Shown here in pieces: positions 21,382-31,325 of a stretch of DNA of 64,000 nucleotides. The translations under genes and the position numbers were made by a program. The notes under the pieces are model-generated. The model made no database searches, was not told where the DNA came from, and saw nothing but the letters and a program-made list of their open reading frames with translations. How positions within the stretch are numbered: position 1 is the stretch's first letter; each line of letters begins with the position of its first letter. Origin of the DNA: Chitinophagales bacterium (lineage in GTDB: Bacteria; Bacteroidota; Bacteroidia; Chitinophagales; CAIOSU01); NCBI GenBank assembly GCA_018401955.1, contig JAGYJT010000006.1, positions 10,351 through 74,350 on the forward strand, read 5' to 3'.

Positions 21382-22527
21382 ATGAGCAAAAAAAAGGCAC
21401 TTTCGTTTTTGGTTGCGCCCAACACCATGAAGGGTAGCATTAGTGCTATCGATGCATCAGCTGCCTTACGAAAAGGTATAGATCTTGCTTTGCCGGGGGT
21501 TACCGTTATTGAGCAGCCCATTGCAGATGGCGGTGAACTAACTACTGAAATATTGGTAAAAGCCTTAGGGGGCGTGTTTAAAGAAGCCACCGTAAAAGAC
21601 CCATTGGGCAGGGATGTACGTGCCAGATACGGCTTAGTGGATGATGGTAAAACAGGTGTGCTTGAGCTGGCAGCCGCTAGTGGCATGACCTTACTAAAAC
21701 CCGAAGAGCTTAACCCCATGCGTGCCTCTACCTTTGGCACTGGTCAACTGATAACAGTCATACTCGATCAAGGCTGCAAGCGCATTCTATTAGGACTGGG
21801 CAACAGTGCTACTGTTGATGCAGGCACGGGTATATTGAAGGCTTTGGGCGTACGCTTAACAGAAAGGAACAAGAGTGCTATACCACTTGGTGGCAGCTAC
21901 CTGCATACCATAGTAAACATTGATATGGCCGAAATAGACCACCGCCTGCACGATACCGAGATAGTGGTGCTATGCGATGTAGAGAACACGTTGCTTGGCA
22001 AAGAAGGTGCGGCACAAGTATTTGGCCCGCAAAAGGGCGCTACTGGCGAGCAAGTAAATTTGCTAGAAGAGAATATGGCGCATTTCTGTAAAATTTCCAA
22101 TCAGTTGTTTGGGTTTGATTTGCCCAATATAAAACACGGGGCCGCTGCTGGCGGTGTGGCAGCTACTATGGCCGCTTACCTCAATGCAGAACTGGTGCAT
22201 GGCACACAGTACTTAATGCAAGTAGTAGGTATGGACGAAAAGATTGCCGCAGCCGATTATGTGTTTACTGCCGAGGGCCGCTTGGATGAGCAAACCCTCA
22301 AAGGTAAAGGTCCACACGGGTTGGCCTTGCTGGCCAATGAGCACAACAAGCCCATCGTTTGCTTTACCGGCGCTATACAATCAGGCTTCAAACAAGAGCA
22401 ATATCCTATGTTTCAGGCAGTAGTGGCCTTGCCCAACCGCCCGATGACGTTAAACGATAGCATGACCAACGCTGCCGAACTACTAGAATACCAAGCCATG
22501 CAGGTGGCGCGGTTGTTGGGGGTGTGA
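21382..22527 (+). CDS. glxK: Glycerate kinase
   Basis: VAPNTMKGS, PIADGGE, ELAAASG, FGPQKGA, EGRLDEQTLKGK. Confidence 0.92.
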   Translation: MSKKKALSFLVAPNTMKGSISAIDASAALRKGIDLALPGVTVIEQPIADGGELTTEILVKALGGVFKEATVKDPLGRDVRARYGLVDDGKTGVLELAAASGMTLLKPEELNPMRASTFGTGQLITVILDQGCKRILLGLGNSATVDAGTGILKALGVRLTERNKSAIPLGGSYLHTIVNIDMAEIDHRLHDTEIVVLCDVENTLLGKEGAAQVFGPQKGATGEQVNLLEENMAHFCKISNQLFGFDLPNIKHGAAAGGVAATMAAYLNAELVHGTQYLMQVVGMDEKIAAADYVFTAEGRLDEQTLKGKGPHGLALLANEHNKPIVCFTGAIQSGFKQEQYPMFQAVVALPNRPMTLNDSMTNAAELLEYQAMQVARLLGV

Positions 22528-22782
22528 GTTGGTCCATGGTCCGCGGTCGATAGTCCATGGAAAAGCAACATTTACCGTCATTGCGAAAAATGACAATGAG
22601 CTTTTCGCGAATTAGCATTTTGTGGCAATCCACTGAGAGATAGACTAAACCTAATTTTTACAATCGCCTCCTTGGCGTGATATGCGCGCAGGAAAAGGAG
22701 GGGCGCGGCGTTGGCTATTTTAGCGTTTGCGGGGTGGTTGTTTTGCATAACATCCTCTTTGTTCAACCAACTAATCCCCCTT

Positions 22783-23259
22783 TCAAAACGACTCATCCCC
22801 CGTCTTCACCTTCCGCCCAAACAAACTCCAAAGCACTATGGCTATGATAGCGGCGCTGCCGTAGGTAAAAAAGAAATAACCCAGTATGGTCAGTAAGTTC
22901 TTTTGGACCCAACCGAAGGGTGTACCACTGAATATGGCAGCAAACTCAGCAATCATCCATATCACTCCAATTATTGTTATGGTACTGCTCATGAGCGCCA
23001 CCAGTATGGTATGCGTTCTGTTGTTGGGATGGTCGCTATTGAGCGCCGTATAAATAGCGGTATATATCAAAGTAGGTACAATCAGTATTGCTAGCAAGAA
23101 AAGCTCTGATTGGTATACCTCCTCCAAAACATTATTAAAAATTAAGTATCCTAAAATACACCCAAAACTTATCAATGCACCCAATAGCCCTGCCTTCCAC
23201 CAAGCTATGGGTTTGCGGGTTTTGGGTGGTATGGTCGGGTCTTTTATCTCCCCGCTCAT
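22783..23259 (-). CDS. Hypothetical 4-TM membrane protein (paralog 3 of tandem trio)
   Basis: Four hydrophobic helices; MSGEI start shared with neighbour; ATGA overlap. Confidence 0.75.
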   Translation of the reverse strand: MSGEIKDPTIPPKTRKPIAWWKAGLLGALISFGCILGYLIFNNVLEEVYQSELFLLAILIVPTLIYTAIYTALNSDHPNNRTHTILVALMSSTITIIGVIWMIAEFAAIFSGTPFGWVQKNLLTILGYFFFTYGSAAIIAIVLWSLFGRKVKTGDESF

Positions 23260-23291
23260 GGCTCCACCTGTTTTCTAAAGTAAGGAAGTTT
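23245..23291. repeat. Gene-junction direct repeat, copy 1
   Basis: 44/47 identity to 23718-23764. Confidence 0.9.
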
Positions 23292-23732
23292 ACCAGTAGT
23301 TTTCCAGAATAAAAAGGCCAAAACAGGGACAACGAAATTGAGGTACAGGGGGTCCCTAAACCCCTTCGCAGAGAATGAAACAACAAAATACGGGTCTATG
23401 ATATCGCGTAAAATGCTAGCCATGTACATACAAATTATGGTAACCTGTAGGCTTAAGATACCAGTTGTTATTATTTTAATGAAATGTCGTTTCCTATTCC
23501 CATAGGCGGTAATTAGGTACAAGGCCACCAAAGTTGGAGTCAACCAAATTGCCACTAGTACATACCGAGTGAGAATGTGGTTGGCTATTTGATATGGAAA
23601 AAGGGCCATCCAAAATACCTTCATTACCGCGGAGACAAGTATTACCGAAATTGCTCCAGCCCAAAGCAATGTTTTGAAAACAGTCAATGGTTGTTTTTTT
23701 CCATTAGTGCTATCCAATATCTCCCCGCTCAT
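23256..23732 (-). CDS. Hypothetical 4-TM membrane protein (paralog 2)
   Basis: MSGEILDS start, GKLPYFRKQVEP end. Confidence 0.75.
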   Translation of the reverse strand: MSGEILDSTNGKKQPLTVFKTLLWAGAISVILVSAVMKVFWMALFPYQIANHILTRYVLVAIWLTPTLVALYLITAYGNRKRHFIKIITTGILSLQVTIICMYMASILRDIIDPYFVVSFSAKGFRDPLYLNFVVPVLAFLFWKTTGKLPYFRKQVEP

Positions 23733-23764
23733 AGCTCCATCTGTTTTCTAAAGTATGGAAGTTT
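23718..23764. repeat. Gene-junction direct repeat, copy 2
   Basis: 44/47 identity to 23245-23291, 473 bp apart. Confidence 0.9.
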
Positions 23765-24220
23765 GCCTGGGATGAGCCAAAGGATTAGAGCCATTATAAA
23801 GATAGGAATGTTTAAGCTTGCCCATATTAGTGTATCCTCCCCGCTAAAGAAACTTCTTGTTGAAGCTTTGATCAAGTGAATTGTATAAGAGTATATAACA
23901 ATCAATAATAAGGTTGTTTGATAACTTATTAGTCCAGTAAGTAGTATTCTAAAGTAATGAAACCTTCTATCGCCCCATGCTGCAACTCTATACATTGCAG
24001 CTCCATATGCTAGAAATACAACTAGGATAATTAGCCATATCAAAAAGTTATCTATAATATCTTCTCCAAAGTTTTCGGGTAAATTTGTTCGTAAAATAAA
24101 ATGATTGATGCTTAACACAAAAATGGCTACTGCTATACCAAACAACAGGCCATTCTTCCAAACTGAAGCATATTTGGGTTTAGCGGTAATTAACTGACTA
24201 TCCAATATCCCATCTTCCAT
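23729..24220 (-). CDS. Hypothetical 4-TM membrane protein (paralog 1)
   Basis: MEDGILDS start, GKLPYFRKQMEL end. Confidence 0.75.
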   Translation of the reverse strand: MEDGILDSQLITAKPKYASVWKNGLLFGIAVAIFVLSINHFILRTNLPENFGEDIIDNFLIWLIILVVFLAYGAAMYRVAAWGDRRFHYFRILLTGLISYQTTLLLIVIYSYTIHLIKASTRSFFSGEDTLIWASLNIPIFIMALILWLIPGKLPYFRKQMEL

Positions 24221-24375
24221 TTCCTTCCCTTTTATCGCCTAAAAATACAACCCTTATTTTTAATGAAACATATAACAAGGCCAATAAATCACTATGCCGC
24301 GACATCATGACAAAAGTCACTATGCTATTATTTGTTAAAAAGGAACGGGGCGAAGCCAAACTGAACATTTTGCCG

Positions 24376-24383
24376 TAACTTTG
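24376..24383 (+). promoter_or_regulatory. Bacteroidota -7 box for ccmE operon
   Basis: TAACTTTG 33 nt before ATG. Confidence 0.6.
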
Positions 24384-24416
24384 CGTTGCATTTGGTAGCA
24401 CTAAGAATACCTTGTT

Positions 24417-24824
24417 ATGAAAAAGACCCACATTGTTCTTTTGGTGTTTATCGCCGCTTGCGTAGGGGTCATTATTGCCCGCACAGGCGACTATAGCACC
24501 TACGAGAGTTTTACCACCGCAGCATCCAAGCCTGATAAAGAGTACCACGTAGTGGGCACTTTGGCCCGCGAAATGGATATGTACTACGACCCAGAGGTTG
24601 ACCCCAACTACTTTAGCTTCTATATGGTTGATAGCGACGGTGTGCAAAAGAAGGTTGTTTTCCCGGGTACTAAGCCGCAAGATTTTGAGCGCAGCGAGCA
24701 AGTGGTGCTGATAGGCAAAATGACTGGAGAGGAATTCCGCGCTACCAAGATATTGACCAAATGCCCTAGTAAGTATATTGAAGACGAACTAGAGGAAAAC
24801 GAGTATAACGCCGCAACTACTTAA
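24417..24824 (+). CDS. ccmE: Cytochrome c maturation heme chaperone, CxxxY variant
   Basis: N-terminal TM, PQDF, ILTKCPSKY. Confidence 0.9.
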   Translation: MKKTHIVLLVFIAACVGVIIARTGDYSTYESFTTAASKPDKEYHVVGTLAREMDMYYDPEVDPNYFSFYMVDSDGVQKKVVFPGTKPQDFERSEQVVLIGKMTGEEFRATKILTKCPSKYIEDELEENEYNAATT

Positions 24825-27268
24825 TGGAGCCCATCGAATATTTAAATGAAATGACCGCGCCCGGGAATCTCGGGCGTTTTCTTGTGATACTGGGCTTTGT
24901 GAGTGCCTTTTTTGCTTCCATCGCCTACTTCTTTTCTACCCAAAAGCGTGACGACCTGGCCGAGCATAACAGCTGGCGCTACTATGGCCGTGCATTGTTT
25001 TTGGTGCATGCCGTGTCCATTCTTGGCGTGGTGCTTACGCTGTTCTATCTTATCTACCACCACCGTTTTGAGTATATGTATGTGTGGCAACACTCTTCAT
25101 TGGGTTTGCCAGTGCGCTATTTGTTCTCATGTTTTTGGGAAGGGCAGGAGGGTAGCTTTATGCTTTGGGCCCTGTGGCACGCTGTGTTGGGCCTATTGAT
25201 GATGTTTACCACCAAAAAGTGGGAAGCACCCATAATGGCAGTGTTTGCCATTACCCAAGTATTTTTGATGAGTATGTTGTTGGGCCTTTGGGTGGGCGAT
25301 GTAAAAATTGGTAGCAACCCTTTTGCGCTATTACGCGACAGCATGGAGGCGCCCATATTTAGCAACCCCAACTACTTAAGTTTTATTAAAGACGGAAACG
25401 GCCTTAACCCGCTACTGAAAAACTATTGGATGACCATTCACCCGCCTACATTGTTCTTGGGTTTCTCATCTACGTTAATACCTTTTGCCTTTGCCATTGC
25501 CAGCCTTTGGGTACGCGATTTTACCAGTTGGGTAAAGCCTGCCTTGCCTTGGGTGCTGTTTAGTACCATTATTTTGGGCATAGGTATCCTTATGGGTGGT
25601 GCTTGGGCTTATGAGAGCTTAACCTTTGGTGGTTTCTGGGCATGGGACCCAGTAGAGAACGCCTCACTTGTGCCGTGGCTAACCTTAGTAGCTGGCCTGC
25701 ATACCATGGTGGCCTACCGCCATAGTGGCTATGGTTTAGTAGCTACGTTCGTATTCTTTATCCTTACCTTCTTGTTTATCCTGTTATCTACCTTCCTTAC
25801 TCGTAGCGGTATATTGGGAGATACTTCGGTACACGCGTTTACGGATTTGGGCATGAGTGGGCAGTTGCTCATTTTCATGTTGTTCTACATTGGGTTGTCC
25901 ATCTTCTTGTTTATCCGCAGTGGCAAGCAAATTCCATCGCCCCAAAAAGAAGAAAGCGCCTCCAGCAGAGAGTTTTGGATGTTTGTAGGTTCGCTGGTTT
26001 TCTTGCTTTCAGCCTTGATAGTTATAATTGCTACTTGTGTACCTATCTGGAATAAAGCGCTTTTGGCAGTTCAAGAACTCGGTATCCTTGAAGACCAATC
26101 AAAAATATCGCCCCCCGCTATAAAATATTACAACGATACCCACGTATGGATAGCCATATTGTTGGGCCTATTGTCGGGCGCAGTGCAATGGCTAAGGTTT
26201 AAAAAGTCTGATGCTACCAAGTTTGTGATGAGCATATTACTTGGTCTATCCGTTTCGGCGTTGCTAACAACTTTCACGGCCTTAATGACGGAGATAACTC
26301 AATGGCAGTATGTTATTATGTTGTATGCCGCGTTTTATGCTTCGGTTTCAAACCTCGACTACATCATTAGGGTGCTTAAGGGCAAAGTCAATGTTTCGGG
26401 TGGTTCGGTAGCGCATATTGGTTTTGGGTTGATGCTGGTAGGTATACTTATATCTAACTACAAACAAGAGGTTATATCTAAAGGTAATGTGCGCTTGGGC
26501 GACTTTACCGAAGAGGAGAGCTCTAACAACGTTTTGCTGCGATTAAACGACCCCATCCGTATGGGCGACTATTGGGTTACCTACATTGGCGATAGCATAT
26601 ATGAGGGCAAGAACTTTTATTTGGTTGACTATGTGCGCAACAATGAGGTAGGTGACACAGTGGAGCAGTTTATACTAATGCCGAATGCCGAGATTACCCC
26701 GAAAATGGGTATTGTAGCGCACCCTGATACGCGCCATTATTTGCACAAAGACATTTATACCCACGTAACATCGGTGCCCAACAAAGATGCCATCGAAGCA
26801 GCGCCCGATTCGTTTGAAGTGAGCATTGCCGGTATTGGCGATACCTTTTTTATTGCTAAAGCATTTGTGATTGTTGAGGATGTTAATAAAAATCCGGTTG
26901 TAGCAGATGGTAAAGAAGGGGACATTGCCATTGGTGTGAAACTATCCATTTTCAATCCGCTAACAGGTATAGAGACCAAGGCTGAGCCTATTTATTTGAT
27001 AAGGGGCAGGGAAGTGATACCACAAACCACGGAGGTGCCTGCCTTGGGCGTGAAGTTCAGGATTGAGAAAATTTTGATAGAGGAAAACAAGTTTGCCATT
27101 GGCGTGGCCCAGCGCGATACTGCGAGTGACTTTATTGTAATGAAAGCAATAGTGTTCCCTTGGATTAATCTATTGTGGATAGGTATTTTGATAATGACGG
27201 CGGGCTTTATCATTAGTATTAGGCGCCGCCGCAACGAAAACAAGAAAGAAGAATCTCGTGCAGCATAA
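24824..27268 (+). CDS. ccmF: Cytochrome c heme lyase CcmF
   Basis: WEGQEGS, GLNPLL, IHPP, WAYESLTFGGFWAWDPVENAS, LTRSG..SVHAF. Confidence 0.93.
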   Translation: MEPIEYLNEMTAPGNLGRFLVILGFVSAFFASIAYFFSTQKRDDLAEHNSWRYYGRALFLVHAVSILGVVLTLFYLIYHHRFEYMYVWQHSSLGLPVRYLFSCFWEGQEGSFMLWALWHAVLGLLMMFTTKKWEAPIMAVFAITQVFLMSMLLGLWVGDVKIGSNPFALLRDSMEAPIFSNPNYLSFIKDGNGLNPLLKNYWMTIHPPTLFLGFSSTLIPFAFAIASLWVRDFTSWVKPALPWVLFSTIILGIGILMGGAWAYESLTFGGFWAWDPVENASLVPWLTLVAGLHTMVAYRHSGYGLVATFVFFILTFLFILLSTFLTRSGILGDTSVHAFTDLGMSGQLLIFMLFYIGLSIFLFIRSGKQIPSPQKEESASSREFWMFVGSLVFLLSALIVIIATCVPIWNKALLAVQELGILEDQSKISPPAIKYYNDTHVWIAILLGLLSGAVQWLRFKKSDATKFVMSILLGLSVSALLTTFTALMTEITQWQYVIMLYAAFYASVSNLDYIIRVLKGKVNVSGGSVAHIGFGLMLVGILISNYKQEVISKGNVRLGDFTEEESSNNVLLRLNDPIRMGDYWVTYIGDSIYEGKNFYLVDYVRNNEVGDTVEQFILMPNAEITPKMGIVAHPDTRHYLHKDIYTHVTSVPNKDAIEAAPDSFEVSIAGIGDTFFIAKAFVIVEDVNKNPVVADGKEGDIAIGVKLSIFNPLTGIETKAEPIYLIRGREVIPQTTEVPALGVKFRIEKILIEENKFAIGVAQRDTASDFIVMKAIVFPWINLLWIGILIMTAGFIISIRRRRNENKKEESRAA

Positions 27269-28136
27269 GAACATCGTAATTATTGGTGCCGGTAATATGG
27301 CCTGGCATCTTGGGCACCAGTTTATTAAAGCTGGGCATAAAGTAGTGGAAGTATACAACCGTGGCAAAATTGCCGGTGAGGCATTGGCCGAAGAACTGGA
27401 TGCTGCATTTGCCAGTAAGCCCGAAGAGATTACCCGCACCGCCGACATTTACATTGTGGCAGTAAGCGACCATGGTATAGATGATATTATCCTTACCCTA
27501 CAATTGGATAAACAAATTGTGGCCCACACCAGTGGCGCCGTGCCTATGACGGGTATGGAGCGCATCAGCCTTAACCATGGTATCTTCTATTCTTTGCAAA
27601 CCCTTACCAAGGGTACCATGGTTGATTTTAGCGAGGTGCCCATTTTTATCGAAGGCTCAAGTAAAAAGGTAGAAGAAGAGCTAACCGCTCTGGCCAAAAC
27701 CATCAGCAAAAGCGCGCATAAACTGGATAGCCACAAGCGCCGGGCATTGCACGTGGCGGCGGTTTTTGCCAACAACTTTACCAATTACCTATACCATATC
27801 TCTAGCGAGATTTTGCGTAAAGAGGACATTGATTTTAAGCTGCTATTCCCTTTGATGGAAGAGACCATGGCGAAGCTTAAAACCCATACCCCACTCGAAG
27901 TACAAACCGGCCCCGCTAAGCGTGGTGACTACCGCACCATTGGCGAGCACATGAACTACCTGCAAGGCCATGATGCCTATAAGGAGATTTATCTGGTACT
28001 CTCGGAAGGGATAATGAGCTTATACAAGCCAGCTGCTGAAGGCCTAATAGGCGAGGAGTATTGGGGTAAAGACTTCGAGTTTGATGAGCAAGTTGACGAC
28101 TACGACGGCCTACCGCTGGAAGATGATGAAGATTGA
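27258..28136 (+). CDS. Rossmann-fold / DUF2520 oxidoreductase-like protein
   Basis: IIGAGN, HTSGA, LHVAAVFANNF, QTGPAKRGD. Confidence 0.88.
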   Translation: MQHKNIVIIGAGNMAWHLGHQFIKAGHKVVEVYNRGKIAGEALAEELDAAFASKPEEITRTADIYIVAVSDHGIDDIILTLQLDKQIVAHTSGAVPMTGMERISLNHGIFYSLQTLTKGTMVDFSEVPIFIEGSSKKVEEELTALAKTISKSAHKLDSHKRRALHVAAVFANNFTNYLYHISSEILRKEDIDFKLLFPLMEETMAKLKTHTPLEVQTGPAKRGDYRTIGEHMNYLQGHDAYKEIYLVLSEGIMSLYKPAAEGLIGEEYWGKDFEFDEQVDDYDGLPLEDDED

Positions 28137-28324
28137 TTAATGTGCTGATGTGCTAATGTACCAATGTGCTAATTGTGATGGACATTATGGGCCCAACTAT
28201 CTATCATTAGTAATTTCTTTGTGTCTTTTGCGTTTTTACTTTGCGCACGTTGTGGTTAAAAACATAACTCGTAACCCGTAACTCGCAACTATCTTGTTTT
28301 GTATCTTGTGTCTCAAACAATCGC

Positions 28325-28870
28325 ATGCAAGGCCCTACCCACATACTCGTTGGCATTAGCCTAGAGAAGATATTCTCCAAAAAACGCATGCAGCCCGTGG
28401 TGAGGTTTGTGGTGATAGCCGTAATAGCCTTGTTTCTGCACAGCGTATTCGATCGTATTGCCCGCATTACCTACCATCCGCCCGATGCCTGCTACACCGA
28501 CCCATTTTGGGTAGGCTACCATTTAATAGTGTACAGCGCCACCATATACATGCTGGTAAAGTATTGGCGCAAATACCCCATCGGCATTACGTTCTCTATC
28601 CTTCCTGATTTTGATTGGGTGATATTACACGGCAGCAAAGCCATTTTGGGAGAGCACCCCAGTTGGTACCAAACCGGCCACATACACCAGTTTCTGCACA
28701 ACATTACCGACGCTATACCGCCCTTTTCGCTCCTCCACCAATACCTCCCCGACCGCACCGACGACAAACTAGGTTTCCTCTGGGAAGTGCTCATCGTACT
28801 CAGTCTTATTTTGCTAATCCGTTGGCTAGATAAACGAGCGGCCAAGTTGGATAAAAACGCTGAAATATAA
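28325..28870 (+). CDS. Membrane protein, possibly metal-dependent hydrolase (YdjM-like)
   Basis: N-terminal THILVG, LHSVFD, LPDFD, His-rich; hydrophobic helices. Confidence 0.6.
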   Translation: MQGPTHILVGISLEKIFSKKRMQPVVRFVVIAVIALFLHSVFDRIARITYHPPDACYTDPFWVGYHLIVYSATIYMLVKYWRKYPIGITFSILPDFDWVILHGSKAILGEHPSWYQTGHIHQFLHNITDAIPPFSLLHQYLPDRTDDKLGFLWEVLIVLSLILLIRWLDKRAAKLDKNAEI

Positions 28871-29049
28871 ACTAGCATGTCATCCTGAGCGTAGTCGAAG
28901 GGTGCGTGCGTGGGCCGTTGGGTTGAGCGTTACATTCAAATTACCGTTACTCTGTAGCAAAGTGACAGTCTTGCTCCCCTCCTTTGCATGGCGCTGAGCG
29001 ATTGGCCAAGGAGGGGTTGGGGGTGGTCAGCACATAATACCAGTGAAAA

Positions 29050-29292
29050 TCAAGAAATAGAATTCCGCACCCGCTGCGTATAATTGCGCATAGCAGTGCG
29101 CACATCAGTGCCGTTATCGGTCATATCCTTTAGCACGGCTATGGCCGCAATGGCGTGGGTAAGCTGCTCGCCCTCATCGCTGCCTTCAATTTCAATTGTA
29201 GGGGTTTCCTCGTTCAGTATCGCCTCCTCGGCAGCAGTAAGTTGCTCAAGGGTATAGGTCTCAACCAATTGTTTTATTACCGGTAGTTTCAT
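29050..29292 (-). CDS. Conserved Bacteroidota small protein coupled to thioredoxin (DUF6952-like)
   Basis: MKLPVIK...GSDEGEQLTH...RVRNSIS; begins 1 nt after the thioredoxin stop. Confidence 0.8.
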   Translation of the reverse strand: MKLPVIKQLVETYTLEQLTAAEEAILNEETPTIEIEGSDEGEQLTHAIAAIAVLKDMTDNGTDVRTAMRNYTQRVRNSIS

Positions 29293-29293
29293 C

Positions 29294-29611
29294 TTAGTTC
29301 AATTTATCAATCATTCCGGTTACATAATCCTCTTTGCTGGTGCTGGCACCTTCTACCAACTCACCGTTTTTAAACACGGCAATAAACGGCAAGCTATCCA
29401 CATTAGCCAACTTGCGGGCATTGGGGCTCTTTTCGGCATTCACTTCCAAGAAGGCCACGCCAGCATAACGCTCATCAGCGCTCAAGCGCTTAAACTTCGG
29501 CGTAAACAACCGGCAGCTACCGCACCAGTCGGCATAGTACTTCACAATTACTTTCTCGTTATCCTTCAACAACGCCTCAAAATCGGCATCGGTAGCAGTT
29601 ATTACACTCAT
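29294..29611 (-). CDS. Thioredoxin family protein
   Basis: YADWCGSC active site; TATTTTTG -7 box at 29671-29678. Confidence 0.92.
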   Translation of the reverse strand: MSVITATDADFEALLKDNEKVIVKYYADWCGSCRLFTPKFKRLSADERYAGVAFLEVNAEKSPNARKLANVDSLPFIAVFKNGELVEGASTSKEDYVTGMIDKLN

Positions 29612-29913
29612 GGTATGGTTTACAAGTTTGTTCAGTAAAAAAGCATAACGCCCACGGGCATTACAAGGTTCAAAAATAGGTAGAAATACGAAAAGAGGAG
29701 CGTGAAAAAGTTAACCGCAAAGTGCGCAAAGAAAGGACCGCAACGAACGCAAAGAAAAAGTTTGCCATCTTACTTCCCTCCTAAAAAGGAGGGGTAGGGG
29801 AGGTGTAATTCGTCGCGCTAAACTCTGATAATCTGAACCTCTTAATTGCGAGTAATTCCACACAACACCTACCAATCAGCACATTGGTACATCAGCAAAT
29901 CAGCACATTGAGG

Positions 29914-31239
29914 TTATTCCCCCACATCAAAATTCGCCTTCAGCGCCTGCTCAATCCTCCTGCTATTATTCATGTTTTGGTAAAATTCCACCACCATCGG
30001 GCGCACAAAAATGTCGCGAGGCGTAAGCGGACGACGCAGCACCAGCCCTTCCAGCGTAGTGCAGCGGCTCAACGCCACGTATACCTGCCCAGCGGCAAAA
30101 GCCCCATTGCCAAGGTCGATTATCACTTTATGGAACGTAAGGCCTTGGCTTTTGTGTATGGTTATGCCCCACGCCAACTTCACCGGGAACTGCGTAAACG
30201 TGCCCACAATCTGCTCTTTGATGGCGCTCTTTAGGTTGTCGTAGTCGTAGCGGGTGTTGTCCCACGTTACGGTGGTTACCTTGTGCTCTTTGCCCTCAAT
30301 CTCAATCAGCAGTTCTTCGTTGGTTATAGCCAGCACCTTACCTATACTGCCGTTTACCCACTTCTTCTCCAAGTCGTTCTTCACCATCATCACCTGCGAG
30401 CCCACCTTTAGCTTTAGCTCCATTTCGGTAGGCATCAGTTCCGGCGGGAAAATGCCCGTACTCTTCCCCTTTAACGTATGTTCCTCGGTGTGCAAGCTCG
30501 CCAGTTTAAAGTCGTTGGTTTGTTGGGCTGCTTGGCGCGTGGCACATAGCGTTATGTACATCTCATCATTCACGGGCGACCCAATGGCGCGGCGATTCAT
30601 TTGCTCCAGCGCGTCCTCGTCCATCTCGTTATTGCGGATGCGGTTCAGCAGGTTCACAAAGCGCTCGTCTTGCTGGCGGTACACCGTGGTCAGTTCAATG
30701 TTCACGGGGTCTAGCTCTTTGTAGGCCGCACTGCTAAAAAAGAAAGGCGTATCGTAATGCTCGCGAAGCAGCGGCCAGTCGTTTTGGGTTACCACCGGCT
30801 CCAACTGGAACAAATCGCCCACCAGTAGCACCTGCACCCCACCGAAAGGCGCCCTAGGGTTGTCGCGCACCGCGCGCAGGGTGCTATCAATGGCATCCAT
30901 CAAGTCGGCGCGCACCATGCTCACCTCGTCAATTATCAGCAGGTCCATTTTCTGCATAATCTTTGCCTTGTTGCCCCGTATGCGCTTATGGTCTAGGCGG
31001 TTGTCGCCCGGTGGCAAAGGGCCAAATGGCAACTGGAAAAACGAGTGTATCGTTGCCCCCTTTACGTTCAGCGCCGCCACGCCCGTAGGCGCCACCAACA
31101 CCACACGCTTGGCCGTGCTCAGGGCCACATCGCGTATAAAAGTACTCTTACCCGTGCCCGCCTTGCCTGTAAGGAAAAGCGACCCCACCGTTTGGTCAAT
31201 TATCTGCCTGGCCTGCTGCTGTAGCGTATTTTCTTGCAT
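29914..31239 (-). CDS. PIF1/RecD-like SF1B DNA helicase
   Basis: LTGKAGTGKS, APTGVAA, IDEVSM, GDLFQLEPV, YRQ, QFPVKLAWGITIHKSQG, GQVYVALSR. Confidence 0.93.
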   Translation of the reverse strand: MQENTLQQQARQIIDQTVGSLFLTGKAGTGKSTFIRDVALSTAKRVVLVAPTGVAALNVKGATIHSFFQLPFGPLPPGDNRLDHKRIRGNKAKIMQKMDLLIIDEVSMVRADLMDAIDSTLRAVRDNPRAPFGGVQVLLVGDLFQLEPVVTQNDWPLLREHYDTPFFFSSAAYKELDPVNIELTTVYRQQDERFVNLLNRIRNNEMDEDALEQMNRRAIGSPVNDEMYITLCATRQAAQQTNDFKLASLHTEEHTLKGKSTGIFPPELMPTEMELKLKVGSQVMMVKNDLEKKWVNGSIGKVLAITNEELLIEIEGKEHKVTTVTWDNTRYDYDNLKSAIKEQIVGTFTQFPVKLAWGITIHKSQGLTFHKVIIDLGNGAFAAGQVYVALSRCTTLEGLVLRRPLTPRDIFVRPMVVEFYQNMNNSRRIEQALKANFDVGE

Positions 31240-31325
31240 AGTGGTAAAGTTACGGGTTATTGGTTAATCGGTTGATTGGTTACTTGTTGATTGGTTGATT
31301 GGCTTTCCATTGACCCGCGAAGCGA

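Noticed and set aside
24198-24701. 167-aa minus-strand ORF, possible fourth paralog
   Set aside because: Overlaps ccmE antisense and its promoter; lacks the trio's motifs.
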